From positions 1-64,000 of the forward strand of contig JBLIRO010000022.1 of assembly GCA_049472335.1 (NCBI GenBank): a stretch of DNA of 64,000 nucleotides, written 5' to 3'. The notes under the pieces were generated by a model, which searched no databases, was not told the origin of the DNA, and was given only the letters and a program-made list of their open reading frames with translations. This DNA comes from a bacterium. GTDB taxonomy: Bacteria > SZUA-182 > DTGQ01 > JAFGSM01. A program made the position numbers and the translations under genes. This document shows, in pieces, positions 60,908 through 64,000 of the stretch (the first letter of the stretch is position 1; each line of letters opens with the position of its first letter).

Positions 60908-61699
60908 ATGGTAAAGATTACCAAAAAGGACTCATCTGAATATATTATCCATTCAGTCTCCCATGCTCTGGACATCCTCGAAATATTTTTGGGAGATGAT
61001 GCGGAACAGGGTGTAACATGTCTAAGCGTTAAGTTGGGATTGCCAAAAAATAATATATTTCGGCTGCTTTCTACCCTGCAATGCAGGGGTTATGTCGAAC
61101 AGAATGAGAAAACCGGTAATTACAGATTGGGGATGAAGACATTCGAATTGGGCCAAGCCTTTTTAAGACGTATGGGACTTGTTAATCAGGCCCATGCCAT
61201 ACTGGACAACCTTGTTAAACAGACTTCGGAAACGGCTTATCTGTCTGTTTATGAGGATGGAGAAATTGTCTATGTGGATATGGTAGAAACCACCCATCCG
61301 GTAAGGATCGTTCCCATGGTCGGCAAAAGGGTCCCGGCACATTGCACCGCTGTGGGCAAGGTTCAAATGGCCTTTAAGTCAAAGGAGGAAATCAAAAGGT
61401 TGATTGTGGAGAAGGGGCTCAAAGCCTTTACACAAAAAACAATAACGGATGAAAATGAATTTATGTCACACCTGGAAAAGGTAGCTCAAAATGGTTATGC
61501 CATTGATAATGAGGAGTTTGAAGAAGAGGTTAAATGTGTCGCGTGTCCGGTTTGGGATTACACAAACAATGTTGTAGCTGGGATTACTGTATCAGGGCCG
61601 ACACTACGGATGTCTGAGGAACGTATTAAAGACTCAATTATTCCTATATTAAAGCAGGCTGCTTTGGAAATTTCTCGACGTTTAGGTTATCATGCATAA
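60908..61699 (+). CDS. IclR-family transcriptional regulator
   Basis: N-terminal HTH; HCTAVGK, GYAIDNEE and CVACPV motifs. Confidence 0.93.
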   Translation: MVKITKKDSSEYIIHSVSHALDILEIFLGDDAEQGVTCLSVKLGLPKNNIFRLLSTLQCRGYVEQNEKTGNYRLGMKTFELGQAFLRRMGLVNQAHAILDNLVKQTSETAYLSVYEDGEIVYVDMVETTHPVRIVPMVGKRVPAHCTAVGKVQMAFKSKEEIKRLIVEKGLKAFTQKTITDENEFMSHLEKVAQNGYAIDNEEFEEEVKCVACPVWDYTNNVVAGITVSGPTLRMSEERIKDSIIPILKQAALEISRRLGYHA

Positions 61700-61750
61700 T
61701 CGGCAATCTAATCTATAACTGATTATACATTTTGGAAAGGAGCCCTTAAA

Positions 61751-62536
61751 GTGAAATTTGCAGTTTCGGGAAAGGGAGGTGTAGGTAAAACCACATTTAG
61801 TGCGCTTTTAGCCCGGAGTTTATCAAATATGGGATACGAGGTCGTCGCGGTTGACGCTGACCCTGATTCCAATCTTTGCGCGGCACTGGGTGTATCTGCT
61901 GACCTCGTTTCAAACACCAAGCCTCTTACTGCAATGGATGATTTGATTGAAGAACGCACGGGCGCCAAGCCGGGAGAAAGAGGAACTTTTTTTAAATTAA
62001 ATCCATATGTGTCAGACATCCCGGACCGCTTTAGCCTTAAAATAGATAAAGTTAAAGTTCTGACTTTAGGTAGTTGCAAGAAGGGCGGAAGCGGGTGTTA
62101 CTGTGCGGAGAATGTAATGGTTAAGCGTCTGATTGATTATCTGCTTCTGAAAAATGGGGAGGCCCTTATAATAGATATGGAAGCCGGAATAGAACACCTG
62201 AGCAGGGGAACGGCCGCTTCTGTCGGAGCTTTGATTTCTGTCGTCGAACCCGGCATGAGAAGTATCGAGACAGCCCAAAGGGTTAATGACTTGGCGAGGG
62301 ATCTGGGTATTTCCAGACATTTTGTGGTGGCAAACAAGGTAAAGGGAGATAAGGACAGGGAGTTTATTCTTTCAACACTAAAGGATTATGAAATACTAGG
62401 TTTTTTGCCTTTTGACACACGTCTTATGGATGCGGACCGTGAAGGGAGATCACCTTATATGGAGTCACCGGAAGTTATGGAACAGATGGAGGCGATTATT
62501 AAAAAATTAATGTCTAAACTTGAAGCCGGAAACTAA
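61751..62536 (+). CDS. cooC: CooC/AcsF-type nickel-insertion ATPase
   Basis: GKGGVGKT, DADPDSNL, GCYC and DMEAGIEHLSRG motifs. Confidence 0.88.
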   Translation: MKFAVSGKGGVGKTTFSALLARSLSNMGYEVVAVDADPDSNLCAALGVSADLVSNTKPLTAMDDLIEERTGAKPGERGTFFKLNPYVSDIPDRFSLKIDKVKVLTLGSCKKGGSGCYCAENVMVKRLIDYLLLKNGEALIIDMEAGIEHLSRGTAASVGALISVVEPGMRSIETAQRVNDLARDLGISRHFVVANKVKGDKDREFILSTLKDYEILGFLPFDTRLMDADREGRSPYMESPEVMEQMEAIIKKLMSKLEAGN

Positions 62537-63088
62537 ATGGACCTTGACAAAATAGAAAAAGGCATAAAAATGGTTCTCGATGGCCTGGGAATAAAAGACC
62601 GTCCTGGTGTTCAGCAGACACCTAAAAGGGTGGCCCTGCTTTACAATGAGATTTTCAGAGGGCTGGAGATGGACCCGACAACTATCATCAAACCGATTGA
62701 AAGTGAGAGCTACGACGAGATGGTCCTGGTCAAGGGCCTTCCATTCTATTCCATATGTGAACATCATTTGCTCCCATTTATGGGGGAGGCTCATATTGCA
62801 TATTTACCATATAATGGACGGATTGTGGGTATAAGCAAATTAGCCAGGGCGCTTGAAGCCCTTGCCAATAGACCACAAGTCCAGGAACGCCTTACGAAAG
62901 AGCTGGTTGATTTAATTACAGAAGGTATAAAGCCCCTTGGGGCAATGGTAGTTATAAAGGCTGAACACTTATGCATGTCTATGCGTGGCGTAAAAAAACC
63001 CAATGCTCATGTGATTACCTCTGCGGTAAGAGGGGCATTCAGAACCAACAAGACAACCCGCGCGGAGATGCTGGATCTGGTGAAATAG
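62537..63088 (+). CDS. folE: GTP cyclohydrolase I
   Basis: [20 protein letters not shown] and HLCMSMRGV motifs. Confidence 0.95.
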   Translation: MDLDKIEKGIKMVLDGLGIKDRPGVQQTPKRVALLYNEIFRGLEMDPTTIIKPIESESYDEMVLVKGLPFYSICEHHLLPFMGEAHIAYLPYNGRIVGISKLARALEALANRPQVQERLTKELVDLITEGIKPLGAMVVIKAEHLCMSMRGVKKPNAHVITSAVRGAFRTNKTTRAEMLDLVK

Positions 63089-63089
63089 A

Positions 63090-63482
63090 ATGTCAATTCC
63101 TGAAGATTTTTTGTATACAAGCGAGCATATCTGGTTAAAGATAGAAGGTGAACGTGTAAAGATAGGTCTTACAAAATTCGCCCAATCAGATATAGGGGAA
63201 ATCCTTTTGGTGGAGCTTCCCGAGACAGGTAAGCAGATTAAAGCTGGAGAAAGATTTGCGGTTATAGAAACAGCAAAGGCTATTTCTGATCTGAAATCTC
63301 CGATTTCGGGCATGATCATCGACGTGAACAAGGATTTGGAGAAAAAGCCGGATCTTATAAACCAGGACCCTTACGAACGTGGATGGTTGATTCTCATCCA
63401 AAAAGATCCTTCCGAGGTTTTAAACCGCTTGATGGATTTTAAGGCATATGAATCATTTTTGAAGGAAGAGGGGGCTAAATAA
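63090..63482 (+). CDS. gcvH: Glycine cleavage system H-like lipoyl carrier protein
   Basis: YTSEHIW, ETAKA (lipoyl Lys) and INQDPYERGW motifs. Confidence 0.9.
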   Translation: MSIPEDFLYTSEHIWLKIEGERVKIGLTKFAQSDIGEILLVELPETGKQIKAGERFAVIETAKAISDLKSPISGMIIDVNKDLEKKPDLINQDPYERGWLILIQKDPSEVLNRLMDFKAYESFLKEEGAK

Positions 63483-63494
63483 GCTCAAAGATTA

Positions 63495-64000
63495 GTGATT
63501 ATTTCGAAACAAAAACCATTTGATAATATCCTTGAGGCGCTGAAAGGATATCAGCGGATCTTCCTTGTAGGCTGTAATCTGTGCGCAAGTCTCTGTCAGA
63601 CCGGAGGAGAGAAAGAGGTCCTCCAAATGAAAAAGGATCTTGAGGCCTTTGGTAAACAGATTACAGGATACTGTATTGTGGAAACAGCCTGTCACTTGCT
63701 GGAAGTAAAAAAAGAGATCAGGAACGCCCAAAAAGAAATTGAAAAGGTTGACGCAATTCTTTCATTGAGCTGTGGCGCAGGTTCTCAGGCGCTGACTTTT
63801 TTATTAGAAAAGCCTGTGTTTACGGCTGTTGACACGTTATTTTTGGGGAGCGTTGAAAGATGGGGAAGATTTTCCGAAACATGTACTCAGTGCGGTGACT
63901 GTATCCTTAATATTACCGGTGGCCTTTGCCCTGTAACGAGATGTCCGAAAGGCCTTTTAAACGGGCCTTGCGGTGGCATGGATAAGGGAAAGTGTGAAAT
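63495..64000 (+). CDS. metV: Methylene-THF reductase Fe-S/Zn subunit (MetV-like), truncated by the window end
   Basis: GTG start; MIISKQKP...VGCNLCASLCQTGGEKEV...CTQCGDC...CPVTRCPKGLLNGPCGG; absent from the ORF track because there is no stop in the window. Confidence 0.8.
   Translation, partial: MIISKQKPFDNILEALKGYQRIFLVGCNLCASLCQTGGEKEVLQMKKDLEAFGKQITGYCIVETACHLLEVKKEIRNAQKEIEKVDAILSLSCGAGSQALTFLLEKPVFTAVDTLFLGSVERWGRFSETCTQCGDCILNITGGLCPVTRCPKGLLNGPCGGMDKGKCE

Overview
This 64-kb chromosomal window comes from an AT-rich, probably anaerobic, Gram-negative (Kdo/LPS genes) bacterium with a Deltaproteobacteria/Nitrospirota-like gene order; the taxon cannot be determined from sequence alone. 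Housekeeping blocks are pyrG-kdsA-(FGE-domain gene)-kdsD-kdsC, merR-like/tRNA-Pro/pcm/tRNA-Pro/nlpD/sigma70-family, rho-rpmE-thyX-prfA-prmC-murA-hisD, rlmN-trmJ-rsmE, fchA-folD, a Wsp-like chemosensory cluster, and an iclR-cooC-folE-gcvH-metV C1/folate operon that runs off the right end. The most striking signal lies in two accessory regions (about 0.4-8.1 kb and 26.3-41.2 kb). They encode five signal-peptide-bearing Gly/Tyr/Met/Leu-rich low-complexity proteins, two paralogous large Ig/FN3 surface proteins, a subtilase, a pseudo-receiver-PilZ protein and a sensor-less sigma54 activator. Seven of these transcription units, including the activator, are preceded by correctly spaced sigma54 -24/-12 motifs. 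I infer a sigma54-controlled extracellular structural-protein programme (coat, sheath or matrix), possibly served by the neighbouring TMTC-like glycosyltransferase. I found no CRISPR array, rRNA, integrase, transposase or reverse transcriptase.
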